Assembly (NCBI GenBank): GCA_963737515.1
Contig: CAVTSV010000002.1
Span: forward strand, 41,816-105,815
From: an uncultured Actinomycetes bacterium
Lineage (GTDB): Bacteria > Actinomycetota > Thermoleophilia > Gaiellales > Gaiellaceae
DNA length: 64,000 bases
Direction of reading: 5' to 3'
The position numbers and the translations under genes are program-made. Positions 16,445 through 25,849 of this stretch are shown piece by piece; within the stretch, counting starts at the first letter, position 1; every line of letters starts with the position of its first letter. The notes under the pieces are model-generated. The model saw nothing but the letters and a program-made list of their open reading frames with translations. It was not told where the DNA came from and did no database searches.

Positions 16445-17379
16445 CCGGCGAGCGCTTCGTCGATCGCCGCCACCGTCGCCTCTTCGAGCACGACGCCGGA
16501 CGCGGCCGCGTTGTCGCGCACCTGGTCGGGCCGCGAGGCGCCGATGATCGCGCTCGCGACGTTCGGCTCACGGAGGATCCACGCGAGCGCGAGCTGCGCC
16601 ATCGTGACTCCGAGACCGTCTGCGATCGGCCGCAGCCGCTCCACCCGCTCGAGCACCTCGTCAGCGTTGTAGCCCCACATGTAGTCGCCGCGCAGCGCCG
16701 CGCGCGTCCCCTCCGCCGGCTGCTCGCCCGGCCGGTACTTCCCGCTGAGAACGCCCTGCGCGAGCGGGGAGTAGACGATCTGGGAGACCCCGTTCCCCCG
16801 CGAGGTCGGGATCACGTCCTCCTCGGGATCGCGATGGAGCGCCGAGTACTCCGGCTGCGAGGAGACGATCTTCGCGAAGCCGTGCTCGCGGGCGAGCTCG
16901 ACGGCGTTGCGAATCTGCGCGCCGCTCCAGTTCGAAACGCCGATCCAGCGCGCCTTGCCCGCCTCGACGACCTCGGTCAACGCGCCGAGCGTCTCCTCCA
17001 CGGGCACCTCGTCGTCGAAAGAGTGGCACTGGTAGAGGTCGACGTAGTCCATCCCGAGGCGCGCGAGCGACGCGTCTATCTGGATGAGGATCTGCTCGCG
17101 CGAGAGACCACGGCCTCCGTCGGGGGCCGTGCCGAAGACCTTCGTGGCGAGGATGTACGAATCGCGTGGCCGGCTCGCGAGCGCGCGGCCGAGCACCTCC
17201 TCCGAGCGGCCCTCGCTGTAGACGTTGGCGGTGTCGTAGAAGTTGATGCCGCACTCGAGCGCGGCCTCGACCACGGCGAGTGCGTCGGGCTCGGGGAGGC
17301 TCCCGCCGAACGTCGTCCACGTCCCGAGGCAGAGCTCGGAGACCTCGAGATCGCTGTCGCCGAGTTGCCGGTACTTCAC
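16441..17379 (-). CDS. Aldo/keto reductase
   Basis: In-frame GTG 17379: VKYRQLGDSDLEVSELCLGTWTTFGG...GINFYDTANVYSEGRSEEVLG...VDLYQCH. Confidence 0.9.
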   Translation of the reverse strand: MKYRQLGDSDLEVSELCLGTWTTFGGSLPEPDALAVVEAALECGINFYDTANVYSEGRSEEVLGRALASRPRDSYILATKVFGTAPDGGRGLSREQILIQIDASLARLGMDYVDLYQCHSFDDEVPVEETLGALTEVVEAGKARWIGVSNWSGAQIRNAVELAREHGFAKIVSSQPEYSALHRDPEEDVIPTSRGNGVSQIVYSPLAQGVLSGKYRPGEQPAEGTRAALRGDYMWGYNADEVLERVERLRPIADGLGVTMAQLALAWILREPNVASAIIGASRPDQVRDNAAASGVVLEEATVAAIDEALAG

Positions 17380-17390
17380 TCCTCGGCATC

Positions 17391-17882
17391 CTACGGAGTC
17401 GGGCCTTTGGCCCGAAAGACCCAGTAGCGATACGCGAGGAAGTTGAACACCATGGAGCAGAGGGTCGCGATCGCGAACGCGGCGGTCTTCGTCGCGAACG
17501 CCTCGGTGAAGACACTCGGAACGGCATGCGCAAGATCGAGGTCGCGCAGCACCGCGTATAGCGCCCGGCCGGGGGCCTGATAGACCCGCGCGAAGAGCTG
17601 CGTGAGCGGCACCTGGATGCCGTAGATGCCGACCGCGGTCGCCGCGAGGAAGCGCGCCGCCTGGTGATGAACTGGCGCGTGCCCGCGCGCGCCGAAGACC
17701 CAGCGGCGGTTGAAGTAGAAGCTGACGCCCATGGCGACCGTCCCGGAGATGGCCTTCGCGATCCAGACGACATCGAGCGATAGGTGGAGGAGCTTCGTTA
17801 GCCCGACGAAGAGGACGTAGTCGACGAGCGTGTTGAGGACGCCGACCACGACGAACCGGCGCACTTGAAGAGTCCGCAGCAC
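17391..17882 (-). CDS. GtrA-family membrane protein
   Basis: RRFVVVGVLNTLVDYVLFVGL...FYFNRRWVF...FNFLAYRYWVF. The start is uncertain: GTG 17882 avoids overlap with the divergent GT2 gene, while ATG 17975 is the ORF-track start. Confidence 0.75.
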   Translation of the reverse strand: MLRTLQVRRFVVVGVLNTLVDYVLFVGLTKLLHLSLDVVWIAKAISGTVAMGVSFYFNRRWVFGARGHAPVHHQAARFLAATAVGIYGIQVPLTQLFARVYQAPGRALYAVLRDLDLAHAVPSVFTEAFATKTAAFAIATLCSMVFNFLAYRYWVFRAKGPTP

Positions 17883-17946
17883 GTGTCCAGTCTCGCTGTC
17901 CGGGCGGCCGAAGCCGTACGGGAGCGTTGGTATTGTCGGCAGCCAA

Positions 17947-18720
17947 TTGGGGGCCAGGGCAGACGGAACGATCACGCTCTCGCTCGTCGTGCCGGCCTAC
18001 AACGAGGCGGGTCGGCTGCCTCTCCTCTTTGCACTACTCGACGCGGAGGCCGAGCGCGAGGCGCGATCGGCCGGCCTGGAGCTCGTCGAAGTCGTCATCG
18101 TGGACGACGGCTCGACCGACGAGACCGCGCAGCTGGTAGAGGCGCGCGCAGCGACCGACCCGCGCGTGCGGCTGATCAAGTTCGAGGCAAATCGCGGCAA
18201 GGGCGCGGCCGTCCGCGCCGGGATGCTCTCGGTGCAGACGGAGGTCGCGCTCGTCACCGATGTCGACGGCTCGACGCCGATGTCGGATCTCGCGCCGCTC
18301 GCGTCGGCGCTGCGCGACGGCAACGACATGGCGATCGGGTCGCGGGATCTCCCCGGTTCGCGCGTCCTGGTCCACCAGCCCCGACACCGCGAGCTGATGG
18401 GGAAGGTCTTCAACTTCCTGCTGCGCGCGCTTACCGGCCTGCCCTTCCACGACACGCAGTGCGGCTTCAAGCTCTTCCGGCTGCCCGAGACGAGGATCCT
18501 GTTCGAACTGCAGCAGATCGACGGGTTCGCGTTCGATGCCGAGCTCTGCCTCACCGCCTCCCGCCTCGGCCTGAAGGTCGCCGAAGTGCCGGTCTCATGG
18601 ATCGACAACCGGGAGACGAAGGTGAGACTTCTCCGCTCGTCCTCGAAGATGGCGCTCGACCTGTTCCGCATCGCCTGGCTCGCCCGCCGCCCGCTGCCGT
18701 CCGTCGAGCCCAACACGTGA
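17947..18720 (+). CDS. GT2 polyprenol-phosphate glycosyltransferase (dolichyl-phosphate beta-glucosyltransferase-like)
   Basis: LSLVVPAYNEAGRL...VVIVDDGSTDET...ANRGKGAAVRAGM...TQCGFKLF. TTG start. Confidence 0.85.
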   Translation: MGARADGTITLSLVVPAYNEAGRLPLLFALLDAEAEREARSAGLELVEVVIVDDGSTDETAQLVEARAATDPRVRLIKFEANRGKGAAVRAGMLSVQTEVALVTDVDGSTPMSDLAPLASALRDGNDMAIGSRDLPGSRVLVHQPRHRELMGKVFNFLLRALTGLPFHDTQCGFKLFRLPETRILFELQQIDGFAFDAELCLTASRLGLKVAEVPVSWIDNRETKVRLLRSSSKMALDLFRIAWLARRPLPSVEPNT

Positions 18721-18742
18721 CCCACGACCTGCTCGGTGAAGA

Positions 18743-20191
18743 TCACTCTTCGGTGTCGATCTGGGCGCGCTGGAGCTTGCCGGAGTAGTCGACGTAGATC
18801 GACTTCCACTCCGTGAACACGTCGAGCGCAGCCTGGCCCGCCTCGCGGTGGCCGTTGCCCGTGTCTTTCGTCCCGCCGAACGGGAGGTGCACCTCGGCGC
18901 CGATCGTCCCGGCATTGATGTAGGTGATGCCGGCCTCGAGGTCGCGCATCGCGCGGAAGGCGGCGTTGACGTCCTTCGTGAAGATCGAGGACGAGAGGCC
19001 GTACTTGATCCCGTTCGCGACGCTGATCGCCTCGTCGAGATCGGCCACCGGGATGAGCGCGGTCGTCGGACCGAAGATCTCCTCCTGCGCGATCCGCATC
19101 TGCGGGTCGACGTCGGCGAAGACGGTCGGCCGGTAGAAGAAGCCCTTGCCGAGGTCGCCGTCGCTCGCGACCTCGCCGCCGGTGAGCAGCTTCGCGCCCT
19201 CGCCGCTGCCGATCTCGGTGTAGGAGTGGATCATGTCGAGCGCGCGCTGGTTGATCACCGGCCCGATGTCGCTGTCGTCCTCCCAGCCCGGTCCGAGCCG
19301 CAGCTTCTCGACGCGCTCGACGAGCCGCTTCTGCAGCTCCCCGTACGCGCCCTTCTGGACGATGACGCGCGACGCGGCGGTGCAGCGCTGGCCGGATGTC
19401 CCGAACGCCGACCAGACGATCCCGTCGACTGCGAGCTCGAGGTCAGCGTCGTCGAGGACGACGATCGCGTTCTTGCCGCCGAGCTCGAGATGGACGTGCG
19501 TGAGCGTGTCGGCCGCTGCCTTCAGCACCTCCACGCCGGTCTCGCGCGAGCCGGTGAGCGTGATCACGCGGACGTCCGGATGGCGGACGAGCCGGTCGCC
19601 GACCGTCCCTCCTCCGCCGAAGACGATGTTCACGACTCCCTCCGGTACCCCCGCTTCCGAGAGCAGCTCGACGAAGCGCTGCGCGAGCGCAGGCGTGTCG
19701 GAGGACGGCTTGAGGACGACGGTGTTGCCGCAGATGAGCGCCGGGATGAGCTTCCACGACGGGATCGCAATCGGGAAGTTCCACGGCGTGACCGCGCCGA
19801 CGACGCCGATCGGCTGCCGCACCGACATGTTCCACTTGTCGCGGAGCTCGGACGGGGTCGTGTGGCCGAAGAGGCGCCTTCCCTCGCCGGCCATGTAGTA
19901 CGTGATGTCGATCGCCTCCTGGACGTCGCCGCCCGCCTCGGCCTTCACCTTCCCCATCTCGTGCGTCATCAGCTCGGTGAGCGCCGTCTTCTCCGCCTCC
20001 AGGATGCGCGCGAGGCGGAAGAGGATCTCGCCGCGCTTCGGCGCCGGGACGAGCCGCCACTCCCTGAACGCGTCCTTCGCAACCGCGACGGCGCGATCCA
20101 CCTCGTCGACGCCCTGGCTGGGGAAGACGCCGATCGTCTCGCCGTCGGCCGGGCTCGTACTCTCGAAGGTCTCAGCCGTCTTCGTCGCCAT
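18743..20191 (-). CDS. NAD(P)-dependent aldehyde dehydrogenase
   Basis: 482 aa with VTPWNFPIAIPSWKLIPALICGNTVVLKPS...ELGGKNA...GQRCTA. Confidence 0.9.
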   Translation of the reverse strand: MATKTAETFESTSPADGETIGVFPSQGVDEVDRAVAVAKDAFREWRLVPAPKRGEILFRLARILEAEKTALTELMTHEMGKVKAEAGGDVQEAIDITYYMAGEGRRLFGHTTPSELRDKWNMSVRQPIGVVGAVTPWNFPIAIPSWKLIPALICGNTVVLKPSSDTPALAQRFVELLSEAGVPEGVVNIVFGGGGTVGDRLVRHPDVRVITLTGSRETGVEVLKAAADTLTHVHLELGGKNAIVVLDDADLELAVDGIVWSAFGTSGQRCTAASRVIVQKGAYGELQKRLVERVEKLRLGPGWEDDSDIGPVINQRALDMIHSYTEIGSGEGAKLLTGGEVASDGDLGKGFFYRPTVFADVDPQMRIAQEEIFGPTTALIPVADLDEAISVANGIKYGLSSSIFTKDVNAAFRAMRDLEAGITYINAGTIGAEVHLPFGGTKDTGNGHREAGQAALDVFTEWKSIYVDYSGKLQRAQIDTEE

Positions 20192-20214
20192 GCGAACGAG
20201 ACTAGCGCCGCCTG

Positions 20215-20439
20215 CTACTCGGGCGCGTCGGTGTCGGGGAAGCGCCCGGGATGGGCGCGCCGGCGGTCGCGAGTGATGCGCCGGTTACGGATCTCCTGCG
20301 CGACGTCCTCGGCGGCGCGGCGGTCCGGACCGTCCCGGCGCTCGACGATGACCGTGACGTTTGGATTGTCGTCGTAGTAGTCGACCATCTTGGCGTAGAG
20401 GTCGTCGATGAGCTCGCGGGGGATGACGCAATAGATCAT
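20215..20439 (-). CDS. Hypothetical small protein (74 aa)
   Basis: In-frame ATG 20439: MIYCVIPRELIDDLYAKMVDYYDDNPNVTVIVERRDGPDRR.... GC3-rich. Confidence 0.5.
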   Translation of the reverse strand: MIYCVIPRELIDDLYAKMVDYYDDNPNVTVIVERRDGPDRRAAEDVAQEIRNRRITRDRRRAHPGRFPDTDAPE

Positions 20440-20449
20440 GACGAGAAGT

Positions 20450-21064
20450 CTAAAGGCGAGCGATCTCGGGAACCAGCCGGCCCTCGTCCTCGACGTGGGC
20501 GTTCCAGTCCTTGAAGCCCGGCTCGAGCTCCTCGAGCTCGTGGCCGCGGCGCTCGAGCCGGATCGGCTGCCCGGAGTCGGGGCTGACGCGGTACTGGTAC
20601 CAGGAGAGATCCCACGCCACCGTGACGGCGAGCTCGCCGGTCGTGCCGGAGAGCGAGACGATGCTCGCACGCGGCGCGCCGAGGCTCTTCGCGATGCCAC
20701 CGACAGTGCGGCGGTACGCACTCGCGTTGAAGATGTCGGCGGCTTCGAGCAGGGCGATCTCCTCGCCAGAGAGGCGGCGGAGGATCGGCTCCTGCTGCGC
20801 GAGCGGTTCCTCGTCGCCGCTGCGCGTGATGCCTAGGCGCCCGGAGAGGCTCCGCTTGCGCCGCCGCTCGACGCCGACCGTCGGCGTCGTGGGCGCGCCT
20901 TCCTTGACCCAGCCCGCCTCGAGAGCGATCTCCTGGCAGAGCGGGCAGACGTCGACGAGCTCCGCTCCGTCGGCCGGGGAGAACCGGACGGCGCGCTCGC
21001 CCATGAGCAGTGTCCGCTCGCAGACCGCACACGCGCGCGTCGTCGAGACCTTCGTGACCCGCAT
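20450..21064 (-). CDS. Hypothetical protein with N-terminal zinc-ribbon
   Basis: MRVTKVSTTRACAVCERTLLMGERAVRFSPADGAELVDVCPLCQEIALEAGW.... Confidence 0.6.
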   Translation of the reverse strand: MRVTKVSTTRACAVCERTLLMGERAVRFSPADGAELVDVCPLCQEIALEAGWVKEGAPTTPTVGVERRRKRSLSGRLGITRSGDEEPLAQQEPILRRLSGEEIALLEAADIFNASAYRRTVGGIAKSLGAPRASIVSLSGTTGELAVTVAWDLSWYQYRVSPDSGQPIRLERRGHELEELEPGFKDWNAHVEDEGRLVPEIARL

Positions 21065-21116
21065 GGCCCGAGTCTAGCCCCGCTTGCCGAGCGTCCCATG
21101 CAATCGCTATTGTGTC

Positions 21117-21138
21117 TTACATGTGTAATTTACATGTA
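21117..21138. promoter_or_regulatory. Candidate PadR operator (TTACATGT direct repeat / ATGT-N7-ACAT)
   Basis: TTACATGTGTAATTTACATGTA lies in the most AT-rich stretch of the window, 6 nt upstream of the PadR ATG. Confidence 0.45.
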
Positions 21139-21143
21139 GCGGT

Positions 21144-21524
21144 ATGAGAGGCAGAGGCCCGAGAGCCCGGCCGCATCACCACGGACGGTGGCGCGTCTCC
21201 GCTCGCGTCGAGCGGTTCGCCGAGCCTGCGCTTCTGCTGCTCCTGCGCGAGCGGCCGGCGCACGGCTACGACCTGCTCGAGCACCTGCCGGAATTGACCG
21301 GGGAGCAGCGCGTCGAGATGGGGAACCTCTACCGGCTTCTCCGCGCGCTGGAGGAGGAAGGACTCGTCTCTTCCGAATGGGACGCGTCCTCCGCCGGTCC
21401 GGCCAAGCGCCGCTACGCACTGACTCCCGCCGGCGCGCGCCTTCTCGACCAGTGGGTCGAGGCGTTGCGCCGCGCCCAGGAGCGCACAGCCAACTTTCTT
21501 ACGCGGTACGAGGAGAGGAGGTGA
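21144..21524 (+). CDS. PadR-family transcriptional regulator
   Basis: FAEPALLLLLRERPAHGYDLLEHLPELTGEQRVEMGNLYRLLRALEEEGLVSSEWD...KRRYALTPAG. Confidence 0.85.
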   Translation: MRGRGPRARPHHHGRWRVSARVERFAEPALLLLLRERPAHGYDLLEHLPELTGEQRVEMGNLYRLLRALEEEGLVSSEWDASSAGPAKRRYALTPAGARLLDQWVEALRRAQERTANFLTRYEERR

Positions 21525-21526
21525 AC

Positions 21527-21724
21527 ATGCATCACCATCACCATCAACATGGCCGGGGCCGCGGCCCGCGGATGTTCTTCCGCGGCGGCTTCCCCAGCAG
21601 ACACGAGCTGGTCGAGCGGCTGGAGAACTACCAGCGCGACCTCGAGCAGCAGCTCGCCGACATCGCTGACGTGCTCGCGCACTTGCGCGACCGCGACGCA
21701 GCGGCCCCCGAACCGCAGGGCTGA
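21527..21724 (+). CDS. Small His-rich coiled-coil protein (65 aa), co-operonic with PadR
   Basis: Own in-frame ATG 21527, 2 nt after the PadR stop, with a GAGGAGAGGAGG RBS: MHHHHHQHGRGRGPRMFFRGGFPSRHELVERLENYQRDLEQQLADIADVLAHL.... Confidence 0.55.
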   Translation: MHHHHHQHGRGRGPRMFFRGGFPSRHELVERLENYQRDLEQQLADIADVLAHLRDRDAAAPEPQG

Positions 21725-21733
21725 GCAGAGGCT

Positions 21734-21868
21734 CGGTACCAGGTACCGCAGGCCCGATCCCGCGTTCCTAGGCGAGACTTAGTCACGACTTCGTGACGCG
21801 GTACCTGGTACCGGTTTGGTCCCGGTTTGCAAAACCGTGACGCTTTCGTCGCGCGGTACCTGGTACCG
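21734..21868. repeat. Three copies of the 15-nt palindrome CGGTACCWGGTACCG in a convergent intergenic region
   Basis: Copies at 21734..21748, 21799..21813 and 21854..21868. A GTCACGA-CT-TCGTGAC hairpin lies next to them at 21782..21797. Confidence 0.85.
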
Positions 21869-21931
21869 GTCGTTCAGCCCGCCTGCGGCCGCCGCGCCGG
21901 CGGCCGCGGTCTACCGCTGGGCGTCGCCGGC

Positions 21932-23434
21932 TCAGCCGGCGACGCTTCCGGCAACGGCGCCTGCGAAGAACTCCGCGATCGCAGCGGTGAACGCGTGGCG
22001 GCTGTCCTCCCACGCGTAGAACATGTGCCCGCCCTCGAAGTGGCGGACAGTCAGCCTTCCCGCCGTCTCCGGGTCGAGGCGCATGAGATTCCGCAGCCGG
22101 TCGCTCGCGTAGTACGGCGTCGCCATGTCGTACCGGCCGTGCGAGAGGAACGCCTTCATTTGGGGATTGAGCGCCATCCCGTAGCGGAACGAGTCGGTCG
22201 CACCCTCCGGCGGCGCGAAGAAGTGGCGCTTCGTGTCCTCCTTCCACGCCTCGTTCACCTCGATGCTGAGGAGCCGGTAGTCGCGGTCGGTCTTGACGCC
22301 GATCTCCTGGCGAAGCTGCCGGTTGACGGCCGCGGTGAACGCCGGCCCGATTCCCGCGAGGGTGGGATCAGGCGCACCGTGCTCTGGCCGGTCGGGGAAC
22401 GGATCCGTCGCCGTGATCGAGAGGTCGTAGTAGCCGGCGACCTTGCGCTCGTCGCGGAGCAACTCCCGCGCGAAGACGACCGGCGAAACGCGCCCCTCGG
22501 CACGCGTCACGAACTCGACCGGCAGGCCGAGGAAGTCGGCTAGCCGGGAGAGCGTCCGCTCGCGCTCGGGCGCGCCGAGCGAGGCGCCGCGGATCAGGAA
22601 CGAGGCGTAGTCGCCGCTCGCGAACTCCTCGGCTCCCGCTTGCACGTCGGCGAGCTTCGTCCCCGCCGGAAATGCGCGCGAGCGCCCGTGAAAGGCGGCG
22701 CCGCCGGCCATCGTCGGGAGAAGGTCGACCCACTGCACGACGCCGTAGTCGTCGGAGGCGAGCGCGGTGAGCTCCATTGCCGGGGAGATGAGGATCGCGC
22801 CGTTGAGGCCGATGCCCGTCTCCTCCTGCAACATCTTCACGAGCCGACCGACGCGATAGCCGCCGTAGCTCTCGCCTGCGATGAAGATCGGCGAGCCCCA
22901 GCGGTCGTTCTCCGACAGCCAGCGCGCCATGAACTCGCAGAGCGACTCGAGGTCGCGCTTCTGGCCGAAGTACTCGTCCTCGGCCTTCTTCGCCTCGTCG
23001 GCCTTCTTGTCGTCCTTGGTCGTGTCGGGCTCGACGATGCGGCTGAAGCCGGTGCCGACCGGATCGACGAAGACGAGGTCGGCGAGCGCCAGCCACGAGG
23101 ACTCGTTCTGGACGAGTTGCGTCGGCAGGTCGGGCAGCGCCCCGTTCGGCGGGAACGCAACGCGCTGCGGACCTACGGCGCCCATGTGGAGGTACGCCGA
23201 CGACGCGCCTGGGCCGCCGTTGAAGACGAACGCGACGGGACGCGTCTTGTCGCCGCCGTCGGCGACGTACGAGACGGAGAAGATCTCGGCGGACGGCTTC
23301 TCCTTTTTCCGGAGGACGAGGAACTTCGCCGTCGCGGTGTAGTCGAGCGGCTTCTTCCCGCCCGTCCAACGGGCCGTGGTTTCGGCGCCCGCAGGCGCCT
23401 CGTACTCCTTCTTGGGCTGCTCCTCGCCCGCCAT
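21932..23434 (-). CDS. S10-family serine carboxypeptidase
   Basis: FVFNGGPGASSAYLHMG...VFVDPVGTGFS...FIAGESYGGYRV. Confidence 0.85.
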   Translation of the reverse strand: MAGEEQPKKEYEAPAGAETTARWTGGKKPLDYTATAKFLVLRKKEKPSAEIFSVSYVADGGDKTRPVAFVFNGGPGASSAYLHMGAVGPQRVAFPPNGALPDLPTQLVQNESSWLALADLVFVDPVGTGFSRIVEPDTTKDDKKADEAKKAEDEYFGQKRDLESLCEFMARWLSENDRWGSPIFIAGESYGGYRVGRLVKMLQEETGIGLNGAILISPAMELTALASDDYGVVQWVDLLPTMAGGAAFHGRSRAFPAGTKLADVQAGAEEFASGDYASFLIRGASLGAPERERTLSRLADFLGLPVEFVTRAEGRVSPVVFARELLRDERKVAGYYDLSITATDPFPDRPEHGAPDPTLAGIGPAFTAAVNRQLRQEIGVKTDRDYRLLSIEVNEAWKEDTKRHFFAPPEGATDSFRYGMALNPQMKAFLSHGRYDMATPYYASDRLRNLMRLDPETAGRLTVRHFEGGHMFYAWEDSRHAFTAAIAEFFAGAVAGSVAG

Positions 23435-23499
23435 CAGTGCCCCTTCAGTGAATGTTGCCGCGTTACTCGCGTGCGAAAAGCAAGCGAGGCAAGGACGCA

Positions 23500-23533
23500 G
23501 GGAGCCTCGATAGCGGTAGCTATCGAGGCTCCC
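23500..23533 (-). terminator. Perfect 15-bp hairpin downstream of the EF-G paralogue
   Basis: GGGAGCCTCGATAGC-GGTA-GCTATCGAGGCTCCC. No immediate U-tract. Confidence 0.45.
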
Positions 23534-23597
23534 GAGGACGCCGCATCGCGCAGCTTTGCAGCCGCGAGGAACGCGGATGACATTTGCTGACGGGGCA

Positions 23598-25661
23598 CTA
23601 AACCTTCGCCTCTTCCCGTTCCTTCTTCGTCTGGTCGATGATCTTCTGCGCCACGTGGGTCGGGACTTCCTCGTAGCGGAGGAAGTGCATCGAGTAGTCG
23701 CCGCGGCCGCCGGTCATCGACGTCAGTGCCTGGGAGTACGTGAGGATCTCCGCCATCGGCACCTCGGCCTTAATCAGCGTCATCCCGCCCGCCGGCTCCA
23801 TGCCCTGCAGCCGGCCGCGCCGCGAGTTGAGGTCGCCGTTCACCGCACCGACCGTGTCGTCCGGCGCCGTGACCTCGAGCTGCATGATCGGCTCGAGGAG
23901 CACGGGATCGGCCTTCTGGTACGCCTCCTTGAAGGCCATCGAGCCGGCGATCTTGAACGCCATCTCGGAGGAGTCGACGTTGTGCTCCATCCCGTCGATC
24001 AGCGTGACCCGGATGCCGTAGACGGGCGCGCCCGCGAGCTCGCCGTGCTCCATCGCCTCGCGCACGCCCTTGTCGACGGCGGGCCGGTAGCTCTGGGAGA
24101 TGACGCCGCCGACGATCTTGTCGACGAACTCGTACGTCTCGCCGCCGTCGCCGCCGTCGCCGATCGGCTCGATAAGGATCTCGCAGTCGCCGAACTGGCC
24201 GCGGCCGCCGGTCTGCTTCTTGTAGCGGTGCCGCGCGCGCGCCTCCTGGCGGATCGTCTCCTTGTACGGGACGCGCGGCGGATGGAGCTCGACGTCGACG
24301 TGGAAGCGCGTCTTGAGCCGGTCGACCGCAACCTCCACCTGCATCTGCGACAGGCCGGAAAGCAGCTGCTCGCCCGTCTGTGGGTCGCGGCGCATGAGGA
24401 GGGTCGGATCCTCCTCGCTCAGACGGCGGAGGCCGGTCGCCATCTTCTCCTCGTCGCCCTTCGCCTTCGGCGTGATGGCGAAGCTCATCACGGGCTCGGG
24501 GAAATCGATGTGCGGCGGCTCCACGGGAACCTCGTGGTCGACGAGCACGTCGCCGGTGACGACGTCCTTGAGCTTCGCGACGGCGCCGAGGTCGCCGATG
24601 CCGAGCGCCTCGACCGGCTCGGTGTCCTTCCCCTGCAGGAGAAGCACCTGGCCCAGCCGCTCCTTCGCGTGGGTACGCGGGTCGACGAGCGTCGTATCGC
24701 CCGAGACCGGGCCTGCAAGGACGCGGAAGAGGCTGATGCGGCCGGTGAACGGGTCGGCGATCGTCTTGAAGATGAAGACGCTCTGCTTCGCGTCGCCGAA
24801 CTCGATCGTCGTGCCCTTGCGCGCCGGCGAGGGGACGCCTTCGACGAGGAGATCGAGCAGCGCGGTCGTGCCGAGGTTCTTCGAGGCGACGCCGCAGCCG
24901 ACGGGATAGAGCTCGTCGCGCGTCACTGCCGCCTTCAGCGCGGCGGCGACGGCGTCGGCGTCGAGCTCCTCGCCCTCGAGGTAGCGCGCCATGAGGGCCT
25001 CGTCGGTCTCGACGACCGCGTCGAGGAGTTTCTCGCGGTGCTCCTGCACGATGCCGGCCATCTCCTCCGGAATCGGCTGCGGGCCACCCTCGCGGCCGCC
25101 CGACGGATCCGTATACGCGCACATGTGGAGGAGGTCGATGACGCCGGTGAGCTCGTGCTCGGCGCCGATCGGAAGCTGAATCGCGACGCAGCGGTCGGAG
25201 AGCTGCGTCCGCGCGGCCTCGAGGACGCGGTAGAAGTCGGCGCGCTCGCGGTCGAGCATGTTGATGAAGACGACGCGCGAGAGCTCGTACTCCTCGGCGC
25301 GGTTCCAGACGCGGCCGGTGTTGACCTCGACGCCCATCACGCCGCTGAGCACGACCACGACTCCCTCGACGACCCGCAGCGCCGCGTACGTGTCGGCCTG
25401 GAAGCCGGCGTCGCCGGGCGTGTCGACGAGGTTGATCTTCCGGTCCTTCCACTCGAGATGGCAGAGGGAGCCGGAGAGGGACATGCCGCGCTTCTGCTCG
25501 TGCTCCTCCCAGTCGGACACGGTCGTCCCCTGCTCGATCGTCCCGAGCCGGTTCGTCTTTCCCGCCTGGAAGAGCAGCGCCTCGACGAGCGAGGTCTTCC
25601 CGACGCCGCGGTGTCCTGCGACGGCGATGTTTCGGATCTTGGCGGGCTCGGTGGCAGCCAT
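23598..25661 (-). CDS. Elongation factor G paralogue (translational GTPase)
   Basis: In-frame ATG 25661: MAATEPAKIRNIAVAGHRGVGKTSLVEALL...NLVDTPGDAGF...NMLDRE. The 1054-aa ORF-track entry is an artefactual upstream extension. Confidence 0.9.
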   Translation of the reverse strand: MAATEPAKIRNIAVAGHRGVGKTSLVEALLFQAGKTNRLGTIEQGTTVSDWEEHEQKRGMSLSGSLCHLEWKDRKINLVDTPGDAGFQADTYAALRVVEGVVVVLSGVMGVEVNTGRVWNRAEEYELSRVVFINMLDRERADFYRVLEAARTQLSDRCVAIQLPIGAEHELTGVIDLLHMCAYTDPSGGREGGPQPIPEEMAGIVQEHREKLLDAVVETDEALMARYLEGEELDADAVAAALKAAVTRDELYPVGCGVASKNLGTTALLDLLVEGVPSPARKGTTIEFGDAKQSVFIFKTIADPFTGRISLFRVLAGPVSGDTTLVDPRTHAKERLGQVLLLQGKDTEPVEALGIGDLGAVAKLKDVVTGDVLVDHEVPVEPPHIDFPEPVMSFAITPKAKGDEEKMATGLRRLSEEDPTLLMRRDPQTGEQLLSGLSQMQVEVAVDRLKTRFHVDVELHPPRVPYKETIRQEARARHRYKKQTGGRGQFGDCEILIEPIGDGGDGGETYEFVDKIVGGVISQSYRPAVDKGVREAMEHGELAGAPVYGIRVTLIDGMEHNVDSSEMAFKIAGSMAFKEAYQKADPVLLEPIMQLEVTAPDDTVGAVNGDLNSRRGRLQGMEPAGGMTLIKAEVPMAEILTYSQALTSMTGGRGDYSMHFLRYEEVPTHVAQKIIDQTKKEREEAKV

Positions 25662-25849
25662 ACGGGACCTGTCCTCTCGGTCGATTCGGCCCGCATCGTA
25701 CCCCGAGTGATTCGCGGTCACGCGTCGTACATGGCGCTCACATCCGGCGCTGCGATGGTTCGTCTTCACAGGCGCATCTCGTCGTGCGGCCCGCTGCGGC
25801 GGCGGCAACCTCGGCGTGGCCGCGGTCATCCGCGTGAGTTGACGGCGAG

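Noticed and set aside
23470-23500. Shared motif GTCCT(T/C)GCCTCGCT...TTG upstream of the S10 peptidase and E1beta genes (also 59676..59700) as a common regulatory RNA
   Set aside because: Only about 17-20 nt of loose similarity in GC-rich, low-complexity sequence. It is not distinguishable from chance by eye.
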